Assembly: GCA_958296135.2 (NCBI GenBank)
Contig: CATQHZ020000001.1
Location: 1,184,001-1,248,000, forward strand
Length of the DNA: 64,000 nt
Direction: 5' to 3'
Origin: an uncultured Poribacteria bacterium
GTDB taxonomy: Bacteria; Poribacteria; WGA-4E; WGA-3G
Positions within the stretch are counted from its first letter, which is position 1. Every line of letters begins with the position of its first letter. The position numbers and the translations under genes are program-made. Below the pieces are notes generated by a model. The model saw nothing but the letters and a program-made list of their open reading frames with translations, did no database searches and had not been told where the DNA came from. This document shows, in pieces, positions 28,457-39,379 of this stretch.

Positions 28457-29635
28457 TTAATCAATAATCGCCTGATAGGTGAGCACGCGGAACTGTGCGT
28501 GGAAGGGTGAGTCGCCGATGAGCTGCGTCATGAAGACTGCTACCAGTTCCTCCACCGGATCGATCCAGAACGTTGTGCTTGCCAAGCCGCCCCAACTGAA
28601 GGTGCCTTCCGAGCCGAGGCATTGTGTGCCGGCCAGATCTGTGACGACAGCGAATCCGAGCCCGAAACCGCATCCTTCTCTCTCCAGTGGCTGCCAAGCA
28701 TCGTCAATGTGATTTATGCGGATGAGTTCCACCGTCTTTGAACCGAGGAGGCGTTCGCCCTCAAGTTCGCCGTTGTTGAGCAGCATTTGGCAGAAGCGCA
28801 GATAATCTGTGGCGGTGGATTGGAGTCCTGCGCCGCCGGATGGCGGAAAGCTGCGCGGCCCGAGGGATACCGGTGCGTTCTCGATTACCTGAATGCCGCC
28901 GTTTTCTGCGGGTTCATAGAGCGTGGCGTACCGGTCTGCCTTTTCATCTGGGACGGAGAAGGCGGTATCTATCATGCCGAGCGGCTCGAAGATGCGCGTC
29001 TGCAAGAATGTTTCAAACGGCATTCCGGCCACGATTTCCACGAGGTAGCCGAGTACATCAGTGGACATGCCGTAACTCCACGCTGCACCGGGGTGATACG
29101 CCAGTGGGATGTTTCCCAGTTTTTGCGCCATTGCCTCGAGGGTTGCATCGTAGAAATTCGCCGCCCGATAGGCTGTGTCGATTGGGCTATCGCTATCGCC
29201 GCCATAGATGAGCCCGGACGTATGCGTCAGCAGGTGCTTTATCGTCATCTCGCATTCGGCATCGACGATTTCAGTCTGGGCTTCGCAGTAGCTCTGCATG
29301 TCTTTGAAGGCTGGAATAAATTCGGAGACAGGCGTGTGAAGTTGGAAATGTCCTTCTTCGTAGAGCATCATCACGGCGATGCTGGTTATCGGCTTCGTCA
29401 TGGAGTAGATGCGGAAGAGGGTATCAAATTCCATTGGTTTTGCATCGGCGACATCGCGCGTGCCGAATTTTTCAAAGTGGACGAGCCGCCCTTCGCGGGC
29501 AATCATCGTCAATGCCCCTGGAATGGTTCCTTCATCGATGTGGCGTTGCATCACCGGGGCGATGCGTTTTAGCCGCGCGGCTGACATTCCTACTTCTTCG
29601 GGGATGGCGCGCGGGATTCCGTGGCAGTGTGTCAT
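28457..29635 (-). CDS. Serine hydrolase, beta-lactamase family
   Basis: FRIYSMTK (SxxK), LLTHTSG, WSYG, FSWGG. Confidence 0.92.
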   Translation of the reverse strand: MTHCHGIPRAIPEEVGMSAARLKRIAPVMQRHIDEGTIPGALTMIAREGRLVHFEKFGTRDVADAKPMEFDTLFRIYSMTKPITSIAVMMLYEEGHFQLHTPVSEFIPAFKDMQSYCEAQTEIVDAECEMTIKHLLTHTSGLIYGGDSDSPIDTAYRAANFYDATLEAMAQKLGNIPLAYHPGAAWSYGMSTDVLGYLVEIVAGMPFETFLQTRIFEPLGMIDTAFSVPDEKADRYATLYEPAENGGIQVIENAPVSLGPRSFPPSGGAGLQSTATDYLRFCQMLLNNGELEGERLLGSKTVELIRINHIDDAWQPLEREGCGFGLGFAVVTDLAGTQCLGSEGTFSWGGLASTTFWIDPVEELVAVFMTQLIGDSPFHAQFRVLTYQAIID

Positions 29636-29698
29636 GGTTTCCTCCTATGCAGTGCGTTGCGCGAGGCAGGTTTTCCCTCGCGCTACGGGAAAGTGTCG

Positions 29699-30925
29699 TC
29701 AATCTGTTAAGGCCTGATACGTCAGCACCTTAAATTGTTGCTGGAAAGGGTGCGGGTTATTCATCAGCTGCGTCATCAGCACGCCGATTAATTCCTCCTG
29801 CGGATCGATCCAGAAGGTAGTTGCGGCGGCTCCGCCCCAACTGAAATTCCCCACCGATTCGAGAATGTCGGCTTGGCTTACATCGGTGACGACAGCAAAC
29901 CCGAGCCCGAATCCGCCGCTGCCTTTTCCGCCTTTTCCCCATCGGTGATGCGGCTGCCGCATCAGTTCCACCGTTTTCCGTCCCAAGATACGCGCTCCGT
30001 CCAATTCGCCGCCGTTGAGGAGCATTTGGGAGAAGCGCAGGTAATCCGCTGCGGTGGAGACGAGTCCGCTGCCGCCAGCGGGGAAGAAACCGAGGTCTTC
30101 GTTTGCGAGAGGGGGGGCTTTCTCTAGTTTCATTCCCTCATTTTTCGTGTACCGATACAGTGCCGCGAACCTGTGCGCCTTTTCTGCCGGTACAGAGAAC
30201 CCGGTGTCTACCATGCCGAGGGGCTGGAAGAGCCGCGTCTGCAAGAATTCCTCGAACGGCATCTCGGCGATGACTTCCACGAGGTAACCGAGTACATCGG
30301 TGGAGACACCGTAAGTCCATCTTTCACCGGGTTCGTGAACGAGCGGGATTTCTGCCAAATTTTGCACCATCTCGGCTAACGTTTTGCTGGACTTAAGAAG
30401 TGATGCCTCCCCGTAAAGTTTGTCAACCGGTTTGTTGCCCCAGCCGTAAGTGAACCCTGCGGTGTGTGTGAGCAGATGCTTGATGGTTATCGGTTTCTCT
30501 GCATCCCTGGTCTCCGTCTGGTCTTCGTTGTAGACCTGCATGTTTTTAAATTCAGGGATGAATTTGGCGGCCGGGGTATCGAGATGAAAGCGTCCTTCTT
30601 CGTAGAGCATCATGATGGCGACGCTAGTTATCGGTTTTGACATGGAGTAGATACGGAAGAGGGTATCCGGCTCCACCGGCTTGCTATTTTCGATGTCGCG
30701 CATGCCGACGGTTTCAAAATGCACGACTTTCCCGCGCCGCGCGATGGCTGTTAAGAATCCCGACACTTGTCCTTCATCGACGTATCCTTGCATGACAGGG
30801 TGGATGCGTTGGAGGCGTTCGGCTGAAACGCCGACTTCCTCCGGCACCGCCGTCGGCAATCCTTGTCCGAAGGCCATCGGGGTGATGCAGAAAAGCAGTA
30901 GGCATGTGTAAATTATTTTTTTCAA
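29699..30925 (-). CDS. Secreted serine hydrolase, beta-lactamase family (tandem paralog)
   Basis: Signal peptide, FRIYSMSK, LLTHTAG, FSWGG. Confidence 0.92.
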   Translation of the reverse strand: MKKIIYTCLLLFCITPMAFGQGLPTAVPEEVGVSAERLQRIHPVMQGYVDEGQVSGFLTAIARRGKVVHFETVGMRDIENSKPVEPDTLFRIYSMSKPITSVAIMMLYEEGRFHLDTPAAKFIPEFKNMQVYNEDQTETRDAEKPITIKHLLTHTAGFTYGWGNKPVDKLYGEASLLKSSKTLAEMVQNLAEIPLVHEPGERWTYGVSTDVLGYLVEVIAEMPFEEFLQTRLFQPLGMVDTGFSVPAEKAHRFAALYRYTKNEGMKLEKAPPLANEDLGFFPAGGSGLVSTAADYLRFSQMLLNGGELDGARILGRKTVELMRQPHHRWGKGGKGSGGFGLGFAVVTDVSQADILESVGNFSWGGAAATTFWIDPQEELIGVLMTQLMNNPHPFQQQFKVLTYQALTD

Positions 30926-31016
30926 TGAATTTCTCCCTATGGGATTTGGCGCGGTGCAGTTCCTCGCGCTCCGATTTATTGAGCGATTGTTATACGGTAT
31001 TCAACGGGATAACCGG

Positions 31017-31799
31017 CTATCGCGAGCGTTTCAGGTATGCCCATCGCGTGGCGAGTTTGCCGCCCGGTTCAACGCTGAGTATTTGGGCTAGGCCGACATC
31101 CATCGCTTCCTGAATCTCCTTTTCGGTGCGTGCGATGTTGGAGATGCGCGCCTCGTCGATGATGCCCATCAGTCCGTTGGCGTTATCCAGATTCGGCACG
31201 CCGATAGTAATCGGATCGCCGCTTTGAAAGGTTGCGGCGTTGGGTGCTTCGTTCTCCAATTCGCCGTCAACGTAAACGCGTCCCATATCCCCATCGTAAG
31301 TAAAGGCGAGGTGGTGCCATTTGTCATCGGTGATGACAGTTGTGGCATCGATGCTAAACGCGCACCCGGCGTTCGCGCCGATTTGCGCGTGCAGCACGCT
31401 GGAGTTGACGTTCACCCAGATGCCGTAATTTCGGTTCGTGCAACCGGCTTGCTGTTTGCAGATGATGCCTTGCCATTTGCCGGTAGCCTTCTTGACTTTC
31501 ACCCAGGCTTCCACCGTGAGCGTCTCCAATTCCAGTTTTTTGGTAGATTCCACGATGAGGTAGCCGCCGGCATCGCCGGGGAATTCTAATCCGGTGCCGA
31601 ATTTCGCCTTTACCCACTTCAGGCTGCCGGCGAATTTGGCATCGTGTCCATTGCCGGAAGCGTCTTTCACGACTTTGCCGGCTCCTTCCTCGAACAGCCA
31701 GACAGCGACGGTGTTTTCATCGACTGCCGCTGATGCAGGCGCGCTCGCGAAAAATAGGCAGAGCCAAATGGCTATCGCGATGGCGTTGATGCGTTGCAT
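31017..31799 (-). CDS. Secreted LamG-like jellyroll protein
   Basis: VKDASGNGH, TVEAWV, KWHHLAFTYD, IDEARISN; tail VEPGGKLATRWAYLK. Confidence 0.9.
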   Translation of the reverse strand: MQRINAIAIAIWLCLFFASAPASAAVDENTVAVWLFEEGAGKVVKDASGNGHDAKFAGSLKWVKAKFGTGLEFPGDAGGYLIVESTKKLELETLTVEAWVKVKKATGKWQGIICKQQAGCTNRNYGIWVNVNSSVLHAQIGANAGCAFSIDATTVITDDKWHHLAFTYDGDMGRVYVDGELENEAPNAATFQSGDPITIGVPNLDNANGLMGIIDEARISNIARTEKEIQEAMDVGLAQILSVEPGGKLATRWAYLKRSR

Positions 31800-32031
31800 G
31801 TTCAGTTCCTCCTTTTTGCGCTAAAATGGCGGAAACTTTGCCTCGTGCTATGGAATTCGGCGAGTTTTATAGTATTGTATAAAAAAACGAATTTTAAGTC
31901 AAGCGTATTATTCTGTGAGGGCAGAACCATTCAGTCTGCACCCCGTAGGGCGAGGGCCCGGCGACCGCGCTGCGGTAAAAGGTGGGGTTTTTTTGTTTGG
32001 CGCGGTGCCTTGCGGGGGACGGAGAAAAATC

Positions 32032-32060
32032 TTGACAACTAAACACAAATTGCATACAAT
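32032..32060 (+). promoter_or_regulatory. Sigma70-type promoter
   Basis: TTGACA-17-TACAAT upstream of ATG 32097. Confidence 0.7.
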
Positions 32061-32096
32061 ACACAATGAATACATTTCAGATAAAGGGAGCCTGAC

Positions 32097-33266
32097 ATGG
32101 CAGAACGAATTAAAATGGGATTAGTCGGTTGCGGTGGGATGTCTGGTGCGCACATGGGCGGCTATCGCGAGTTGTGGGCGAAAGGCATCCGGGATTACGA
32201 CATCGTCGCGGCGTGCGATATCGCGCAGGAACGTGCCGAGGAACGCGCGAATCAGGCGCACGAATTCCAAGGCGGCACGAAGCCCGCGGTGTATACTGAA
32301 CTTGATGAGATGCTTGCGAAGCATCCCGATTTGGAATGCGTGGACATCTGCGCGTTGCATAGCGCGCACCACACTCTCGCTGTGCCGGCATTGGATGCAG
32401 GGAAGCATGTCATCATCGAGAAGCCGTTCGGCATTACGATGCGCGCCTGCAAACTGATGATGGAAGCGGCGGAGAGAAATGACAAAATCATCTCTGTCGC
32501 CGAGAACTATCGGTTGGCGCGCGGCCAACGCACTCGTCGATGGGCAGTTGCCGAAGGACGCATCGGGGAACCGCGCATGTTCTTCTGGATTGAGGTGAAC
32601 GAAGGCTTGGGGAAGTGGGGTTGGCGCAACTTCAAGATGGATGCAGGCGGCGGCTGGGCATTGGACGGCGGCGTGCATTTCACCGATCTGATGCGCTTTA
32701 TTCTGGGCATGGAGGCCGAGGAAGTCTACGCCATAAATAAGGCTTATGAGCCCTTCCGTTATGACAATCCCGCCGAGAGAGAAGGGGGTTACGCCGTTGA
32801 CGTTGAAGACGCGATGATAGCCACCATTAAGTTTGAGCAAGGCGTTACGGCACAGTGGACCTGGGTTGGCTCCGCACCCGGACACCATTTCAATCAACAC
32901 ACCGTTTACGGCAGTGAAGGCGCGCTTGATTTTCGGCAGGGGTTGATACCGCGCGGCGGCGAACCTATCCCTAATAACGAACTGGAGCGGGAGTTCATGG
33001 ACAGCCTCAGCGACGCTGAACGTGAATACTATTTCCCCGGTGGCATTGAAGATACCGTCGCGATTGAGCTCAAATATTTCGCCGATGCAATTCGGAACGA
33101 TGGCAAACCCGAAGTTGATGGCTTGGAGGGTTTACGTTCTGAGGCTATCTGCATGGCGGTGTATGAATCGGGGTGGTTCGGCCGCCCAGTGACAATCGCG
33201 GAAATTGAGAGCTGCGAATTGGAAGGGTATCAGCAGGAGATTAACGAGCACCTCGGCATTCAGTAG
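32097..33266 (+). CDS. Gfo/Idh/MocA oxidoreductase
   Basis: GLVGCGG, GKHVIIEKP, DGGVHFTD. Confidence 0.9.
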   Translation: MAERIKMGLVGCGGMSGAHMGGYRELWAKGIRDYDIVAACDIAQERAEERANQAHEFQGGTKPAVYTELDEMLAKHPDLECVDICALHSAHHTLAVPALDAGKHVIIEKPFGITMRACKLMMEAAERNDKIISVAENYRLARGQRTRRWAVAEGRIGEPRMFFWIEVNEGLGKWGWRNFKMDAGGGWALDGGVHFTDLMRFILGMEAEEVYAINKAYEPFRYDNPAEREGGYAVDVEDAMIATIKFEQGVTAQWTWVGSAPGHHFNQHTVYGSEGALDFRQGLIPRGGEPIPNNELEREFMDSLSDAEREYYFPGGIEDTVAIELKYFADAIRNDGKPEVDGLEGLRSEAICMAVYESGWFGRPVTIAEIESCELEGYQQEINEHLGIQ

Positions 33267-33408
33267 GCGTGTTTGATTCTGTAATCGGCCCGCCTGTCCG
33301 TAGGGAGTGTCCTTCCGTTCTTGACGCGTGCGGTCCGGTAGAGTAGGCTGTCTGCGACGAAAAGCACGCAGCAGAAGCGGTGAATTGGATGTAATTTGGG
33401 AGTCAACT

Positions 33409-34224
33409 ATGAATCGATTGAGCGGAAAAGTTGCCATTGTTACGGGGGCTGGGCGAAAAGGCGCGGTCGATGGCACCGGCTATGCGACATCTATGCTGTT
33501 CGCACGGGAGGGCGCGAAGGTGCTCCTGGCGGATATCTCTCCCGAAAATGCCAATGCGACGCTCGCGGAGATTGAGGCGTGCGGCGGCGAAGCATCGGTG
33601 TTCATCGGCGATCTTTCCAAAGAGGCGGACTGCGCCGCGATGGTAGATGCCGCTGTTGCGCAGTTCGGAAAAGTGAACGTCTTGTTCAACAACGTTGGTT
33701 TGGGTGGCTCCGGCATGGTGACGCAGGTGGTAGAGGAAAAGTGGGACCGCGTTATGGATGTGAACCTGAAAAGCATGATTATGGCGTGCAAGCATGCGGT
33801 GCCGCGGATGGCAGAGGCGGGCGGCGGTTCCATCATCAACGTTTCGTCTATTGATGCGTTGCGCGCTGGTTCTTCGCGAAACGTGCCTTACGCTGCGGCG
33901 AAAGGCGGCATGATTTCGGCGACGAAGGTGATGGCTGTGCATCACGGTAGGGATAACATCCGCGTCAATTGCATTGCGCCGGGGCATCTCTATGCCTCAT
34001 TTCCTGCGCCGTATCTGAGCGAGGCGGAGCGGGAACGCCGTCGGCTCATCGGCCCACTCGGCACCGAGGGCACTGCGTGGGATGTTGCGTGGGCCACCGT
34101 TTTTCTCGCTAGCGATGAATCCAAATGGATTTCGGGGGTAGTTATTCCGATTGATGCGGGATTGCTCGCTGCAACGCCGCTCGCCGTTGTGCATCAGCTT
34201 GACGAAAGGGGAGATAACGCATGA
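33409..34224 (+). CDS. SDR-family oxidoreductase
   Basis: VAIVTGAG, NNVG, YAAAKG (YxxxK), IRVNCIAPG. Confidence 0.92.
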   Translation: MNRLSGKVAIVTGAGRKGAVDGTGYATSMLFAREGAKVLLADISPENANATLAEIEACGGEASVFIGDLSKEADCAAMVDAAVAQFGKVNVLFNNVGLGGSGMVTQVVEEKWDRVMDVNLKSMIMACKHAVPRMAEAGGGSIINVSSIDALRAGSSRNVPYAAAKGGMISATKVMAVHHGRDNIRVNCIAPGHLYASFPAPYLSEAERERRRLIGPLGTEGTAWDVAWATVFLASDESKWISGVVIPIDAGLLAATPLAVVHQLDERGDNA

Positions 34225-35261
34225 GGAATGCACTCTACTTCGGCGATAACCTGAAGGTGATGCGCGAGATGCAGCGGGGCAGTTACCACGTTTGCTATCT
34301 CGATCCGCCCTACAACAGCGGCCGCAACTACAACCTCTTTCTCGCCGGGTCCAAGGTGCAACAGAAGGCGTTTGACGATATCTGGCGGTGGGACGACGCG
34401 GCGCGCGAGAATCAAGAGGCTGTCCTCCGCTACGATGGCCGGCACCCCGAGCTGGTTGAGACGATGGCCGATTTATCGTGTTGTCTCAGTGGTTTTAACA
34501 CAATGTTGAGGGCATCTAAGGGCCGAAGTGAAGCCGAGTCGATGCGCGCTTATTTGGCGTTCATGGCACCGCGGTTGGCAGAGATTTGGCGGTTGCTGTC
34601 CCCGAACGGTAGCGTTTACCTGCACTGCGATGCGCACGCCAGTCACTATCTGAAATGCATGATGGACGTGATTTTTGGCGCGCGGCAGTTCCGGAACGAG
34701 CTCGTGTGGTGTTATTCGGGTGGCGGCATCCCACGCAAGGATTTCCCGCGGAAGCACGACGTGATTTTACGATATGCCCGCGGCGAAGAGGTGCTCTTCA
34801 ACGTTGAGCGGAAACCCTACAAAGCGAATACACAGCAAGTCGGTAAGCATAGCACCTTAAGCGGTGGGCATGAGATTGACTTAGCCAGGGGGACACCTGT
34901 CACGGATTGGTGGACGGATATAAAAACGGTTACGGGATGGAATCCTGAGAAGCTCGGGTATCCGACGCAGAAACCGCGCGCCCTCTTGGAACGTATCATC
35001 AAGGCATCTTCCAATCCCGGTGACATCGTCTTCGATCCCTTCTGTGGCTGCGGCGCGACAGTGGACGCAGCGCACGGCTTGGGGCGGCACTGGGTTGGCA
35101 TCGAGCTCACCGTTCTTGCTTTGGAGCCGATGGAGCGGCGGCTCCGAGAACGTTATAAACTTCGCCCGAATGTAGATTACCGTATTGAAGGATATCCCAG
35201 GACGCTGCAAGATGCCCTCCTTCTCGCGGAACAGAATCCTACTGAGCGGTTACGCGTGTAG
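34221..35261 (+). CDS. Site-specific DNA methyltransferase (beta-class N4/N6), C-terminally truncated
   Basis: YLDPPY, YPTQKP, DPFCGCG; putative nuclease-domain remnant out of frame just downstream. Confidence 0.88.
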   Translation: MRNALYFGDNLKVMREMQRGSYHVCYLDPPYNSGRNYNLFLAGSKVQQKAFDDIWRWDDAARENQEAVLRYDGRHPELVETMADLSCCLSGFNTMLRASKGRSEAESMRAYLAFMAPRLAEIWRLLSPNGSVYLHCDAHASHYLKCMMDVIFGARQFRNELVWCYSGGGIPRKDFPRKHDVILRYARGEEVLFNVERKPYKANTQQVGKHSTLSGGHEIDLARGTPVTDWWTDIKTVTGWNPEKLGYPTQKPRALLERIIKASSNPGDIVFDPFCGCGATVDAAHGLGRHWVGIELTVLALEPMERRLRERYKLRPNVDYRIEGYPRTLQDALLLAEQNPTERLRV

Positions 35262-35348
35262 GTTTGAGCCCAAGCCGCACAGCAACGATGGCGGGTTTGA
35301 TGGCAGTAAGGTGTGCGGTTTGAAACCGCGCCTACTGGCACTGCAGGA

Positions 35349-37343
35349 TTATGAGGGCAGCGCGAAATAGCCTATCCCGGTGAAAAAGCCGACTATCATC
35401 CACACGCCAACCATCACGTATTCGCCGAAAATTAAGCCGAACGCGACCGGACGCAGCTTCCGATATGTCGTGGCACCGCCGAACTTGAGCGCGCTGTATT
35501 TAATGAACCACCCGATTAAAATCGAAGACCAGAGGTGGAACGGTGGATACGTTGCGCCGAGCAAGTAGCCGATAGGATGGAGGGACCACCACACAAAATT
35601 TTGGCGCATCCAGAGCATGAAGCCGGTAAAACCGGCCCCTGCAATCATGCTGTAAACTTCGTCCCACTTTGTCTCACTGGGGAATTGGATGAGGCTGCTC
35701 ATCCGTTGGAAATAGTTGCGTGGCGCGACGACGAAACTCCAGCTCTGCAGAAACAACGCGCCTTTGTCATAGATGAGCGTCAGCGAGAAGTAAACGGAGA
35801 CGATAACTGCGACGACAATCGCTGCCCCCATTATCGGCACGACTTTTCTGCGGCCAAGTCGGACTTCGTCGGCGGCTTTGAAGCTGTGCAGGAAGTTCGG
35901 CATCATGAATTCGCCCCAGTCGCGCAGGAACGTGCGCTGGAAACTGAGAATGGCGAGGCTTTTCTGCCCTAACGCGCCCGAGCCAAGCGTTATGTCGATG
36001 TATTCTGAAGGGAAAAAAGGTGCCTGCACCAGCAACAGTCCGCCGTTCACCACCATCCATGTTAAGACAATAGACGTGATAAAAATGGAGAGTAGTGTCA
36101 GCACGGCTACCCACGTTGTCATGCCGGCGACGACTAAGAAGCCGGTGAGGATGGCGAAGCCGAGGAGGAATCCGAGCAGTGCTACGCGATACGGGAGCGG
36201 TTCATTGGAATCGTCTATGAGTTCACTCGTCTTATCGTAAGGGTGGATGTTGATATCCGCCCGTTTTCGCTCGATACCGAACGTTTTCCTAAAAATCGTT
36301 GCGATGTGTTCGCGTCCCATCCAGAAAACAGCCGGCACAAAGATGAGATAGCCGCCCATCACCTGACGGCTGCAACTAATCCACGGGCTAATGCTCAACC
36401 CGCTAGCGTTCATGATAATGTATTGGAGTTTGAAAAAGAGGTAGAAGAACCAGAGGCTGAACGACACTTCAAGCGTTAGCAGTGAGGCGATGCCGATGAC
36501 GGAAAAATAGATGACAAGGCGCATCGCGGGCCACCAGCCGAGGGTATGCCACGGTTTCTCGGTAAAGGCGCGGTGGATGTTGTAAATTAGCGGGATTTCT
36601 GGCACCGTCGGGAAGTGCGCATGCAACCCATTGATGAGATGCAAGATTACCGGCAGCACCATCCCTGCCCACAGCAGTCTGTTTTTGAAAAAGGCGTTGA
36701 GCAGCGTGCCGCGTGCCGGTTCCGCCGCCAGTTGAATAGGAATCTGAATTAGTGGGAACGAGAACCGTTCGCGTTCTACCCACTGCTTCCGGAGAATCGT
36801 TGAGAGGCAGAGCGTTGTGAGATAGAAAATGAGGACGAAGAGCCCCCAGATGAGCAGCGGCTTCATCCACAGCAGCCACGGCACGCTTTCGCCGGGTGAG
36901 ATGCCTTCATAGAAATCGGTAACCGCGCGCGTATCCGTGATTATCATCCACTCTGGGATGTGCGGGTGGAGGGTTTCCGCCCAATCGTTCTCGGTGGTGG
37001 CGAAGTAACGCAGCGCGACGAGTGAGGGGAGCAGAAATTGCAGCAGCCCCATTGAAGGGATGCCCACGGCGACGATGAGCATCATCCAGACGACGGTCAA
37101 TTCCGTCGCGGAGAAGACGAAGAGGCCGCGCTTTATTAACTTCCGCAACGGGACATTGACGAGGAACACCAACAAGAGGAGCCCGAAGATCGAACCGACG
37201 GGGAGATGGTTGCCTGCAATCTTGGAATTTTGTAGGAAATAGTTGTTATAGGGCGTGATAGCACACATCGCGCCTACTAAAAGCAATCCTACGATGATGG
37301 CAGGAAATCGGATTTTTGTATTTGGTGTGTTGCTTGGTTTCAT
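35349..37343 (-). CDS. Polytopic membrane protein (DUF6785/DUF6784-like)
   Basis: Many TM segments; LRKQWVERERFSFP and WWSLHPIGY motifs. Confidence 0.75.
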   Translation of the reverse strand: MKPSNTPNTKIRFPAIIVGLLLVGAMCAITPYNNYFLQNSKIAGNHLPVGSIFGLLLLVFLVNVPLRKLIKRGLFVFSATELTVVWMMLIVAVGIPSMGLLQFLLPSLVALRYFATTENDWAETLHPHIPEWMIITDTRAVTDFYEGISPGESVPWLLWMKPLLIWGLFVLIFYLTTLCLSTILRKQWVERERFSFPLIQIPIQLAAEPARGTLLNAFFKNRLLWAGMVLPVILHLINGLHAHFPTVPEIPLIYNIHRAFTEKPWHTLGWWPAMRLVIYFSVIGIASLLTLEVSFSLWFFYLFFKLQYIIMNASGLSISPWISCSRQVMGGYLIFVPAVFWMGREHIATIFRKTFGIERKRADINIHPYDKTSELIDDSNEPLPYRVALLGFLLGFAILTGFLVVAGMTTWVAVLTLLSIFITSIVLTWMVVNGGLLLVQAPFFPSEYIDITLGSGALGQKSLAILSFQRTFLRDWGEFMMPNFLHSFKAADEVRLGRRKVVPIMGAAIVVAVIVSVYFSLTLIYDKGALFLQSWSFVVAPRNYFQRMSSLIQFPSETKWDEVYSMIAGAGFTGFMLWMRQNFVWWSLHPIGYLLGATYPPFHLWSSILIGWFIKYSALKFGGATTYRKLRPVAFGLIFGEYVMVGVWMIVGFFTGIGYFALPS

Positions 37344-37534
37344 GTGTGTTGATGCAGGGAACGGCCTCGTCCCGTAGCGCGGTGGCCTGTCTCTCGCGAG
37401 CGTGCGCCCTAGGCGAGAACCGTGTATGCTCGTGGTCCTGCCGGTTCTTGGTAGTTCGCAGCATGGCGCGGGGAACGCTAGACCCTCGCCCTACGGTAAA
37501 GGGGCAGTGTAGGGCGAGGGACAGAACCGCCCTA

Positions 37535-38995
37535 TTAAGCACCTTCCCTAACCGATGGCCGATAAAGACAAGTCTCCGCATCCACGACGCGGCCGTCGGG
37601 TAAGGTATACTGATTCGGGGTGCCGCGTCCCCAGGGCTCAGCGAACTCTCGGCTCCGCTGTTTATCTGCCGCCTGCTGTTGCGCGACTGCCTCCCAGTTA
37701 AATCCTGCCATCAGTTTTTCGCGCAATTCTGCCTCGACCTGTTGATATTCTGTCTTCCCTGAGAGGTTCTCAAATTCGCCCGGGTCGGCGGCTAAATCGA
37801 ACAGGATAGGTTCGTCTGTTGGAAAAGCGGCGTATTTATAGTGCGCGGTGCGCAGCATGCGCATGGGGCCCGTCGTCTGGTTTGCCCAGTATTCGGTAAT
37901 CGCCGTGTTGCGCCAATCGTCCGTGTTGCCTGCCATGAGTTTTGTCATATCCGAACCGTCCAAGCCATTGGGAATAGGAATGCCCGCGCTTGCGCATAAG
38001 GTAGGAAACAGATCGTTCAGTTCTACCGGTGCGTTGATGCGCCCGCGTTGCCCCGGGTCTTTCTGTCTATCGGCAATGATGAGCGGTACGCGCGCGGCTG
38101 CCTCATAGTAACTCGATTTCCACCACTGTCCGTGTTCCCCCGCCATTTCGCCGTGGTCTGTGGTATAGACGATGATGGTGTTCTCTAACAGCCCGTCGCG
38201 TGCTAAAAGAGCGAGGAGATCGCCGATGCATTCGTCAAGGAATTCGCAGCAGGCGTAGTAAGCGGCCCGGGCTTTTCGCGCCTCTTCCGCCGGGATGTCC
38301 GCGGTGTTGAAGTTCTCTCGGAGTCCTTTCGCGAACGGGTGCGTCTGTTCCAAATGTCCATCGGGGATGTGCGGCATATCGACGTTATCGGGCCAATACT
38401 TATCAAAAAGTCGTTTCGGCACCGTGAGCGGGAAGTGGGGGCGGCTATAACTGGCGAGCAGGAACCACGGCTTTTCGCGTGGGTGAGCTCGGAGGTATTC
38501 CAGTGTTTCGGTGTTGATGACGCGTTCTTGGAGCATACTCGCCGGGATTTCAGTGATACCTGCGAGCCTTGTGCGTTGGCGGTTGCCGCGCGGCGTGATG
38601 AGCGGGTCTGTCTGGTGTCCGGCGTATCCCCGCAAATCGCCGTAGGGGCGCGATTGGAAGCCGTTGAGTTGCTCCTTGCCGCCGAAGTGCATTTTTCCGA
38701 TGAGCGCGGTGCTATAGCCGTGTTGCGCGAAGTGTGCTGGCATCGTGAGATGTTCTGGGAAAAGAATAGAACCGTTATCCCATGCGGAGCATCGGTGCGC
38801 GTGCTTCCCTGTCAACATGCACATTCGTGAAGGTGTGCAGAGCGGTACCTGACAATAGGCGTTCTCAAAGTAGGTGCCCGATTCAGCGAGCCGGTCGAGA
38901 TTCGGCGTTTGCACGATAGGATTGCCTTCACATCCGATGGCGTGTGGGCTGTGTTCGTCACTCATCAGAAAGAGGATGTTCGGTTGTTGAGACAT
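37535..38995 (-). CDS. Sulfatase (choline-sulfatase-like)
   Basis: PNILFLMSDEH, CTPSR, GKMH, TDHGEM. Confidence 0.92.
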   Translation of the reverse strand: MSQQPNILFLMSDEHSPHAIGCEGNPIVQTPNLDRLAESGTYFENAYCQVPLCTPSRMCMLTGKHAHRCSAWDNGSILFPEHLTMPAHFAQHGYSTALIGKMHFGGKEQLNGFQSRPYGDLRGYAGHQTDPLITPRGNRQRTRLAGITEIPASMLQERVINTETLEYLRAHPREKPWFLLASYSRPHFPLTVPKRLFDKYWPDNVDMPHIPDGHLEQTHPFAKGLRENFNTADIPAEEARKARAAYYACCEFLDECIGDLLALLARDGLLENTIIVYTTDHGEMAGEHGQWWKSSYYEAAARVPLIIADRQKDPGQRGRINAPVELNDLFPTLCASAGIPIPNGLDGSDMTKLMAGNTDDWRNTAITEYWANQTTGPMRMLRTAHYKYAAFPTDEPILFDLAADPGEFENLSGKTEYQQVEAELREKLMAGFNWEAVAQQQAADKQRSREFAEPWGRGTPNQYTLPDGRVVDAETCLYRPSVREGA

Positions 38996-39143
38996 TTGGG
39001 GCTCCATTTGTTGGGAAACTGCCCTTGAACCCTGTATCAATAGGGTAAGGTTTCATGTATGTGGAAATCAACGCCGAAGGGCAACACAATGTCTGCATCT
39101 TTTTTGGCAAAGTGCTGTGAGAAATCGATGAGCGTGAATCCCA

Positions 39144-39314
39144 CTAAATTAATTTGACAATCACAACGATGCGAGTGTAATTGTGAGGCAGCCCGTCAAA
39201 ATCTTTGTAATACGTGAATTTGTGCGGGTCTGTCGGCGACTGTTTTCTTCTGCCCGTTCGGACGGTTGAGAGAATTTCATTGAGGTAATTTCTTGCCCTA
39301 TTTGTTGATGACAT
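39144..39314 (-). pseudogene. Small 56-aa ORF, possible remnant of a toxin-antitoxin toxin gene
   Basis: MSSTNRARNYLNEILSTVRTGRRKQSPTDPHKFTYYKDFDGLPHNYTRIVVIVKLI in a low-GC gap; family resemblance is from memory only. Confidence 0.4.
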
Positions 39315-39350
39315 GCCGCACCAATCCGCCTCTGCACTTCTTCTGTTTAT

Positions 39351-39379
39351 AGTTTACACGATTTTTCATGAAAAGTCAA
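39351..39379 (-). promoter_or_regulatory. Sigma70-type promoter
   Basis: TTGACT-17-TAAACT on the minus strand. Confidence 0.6.
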
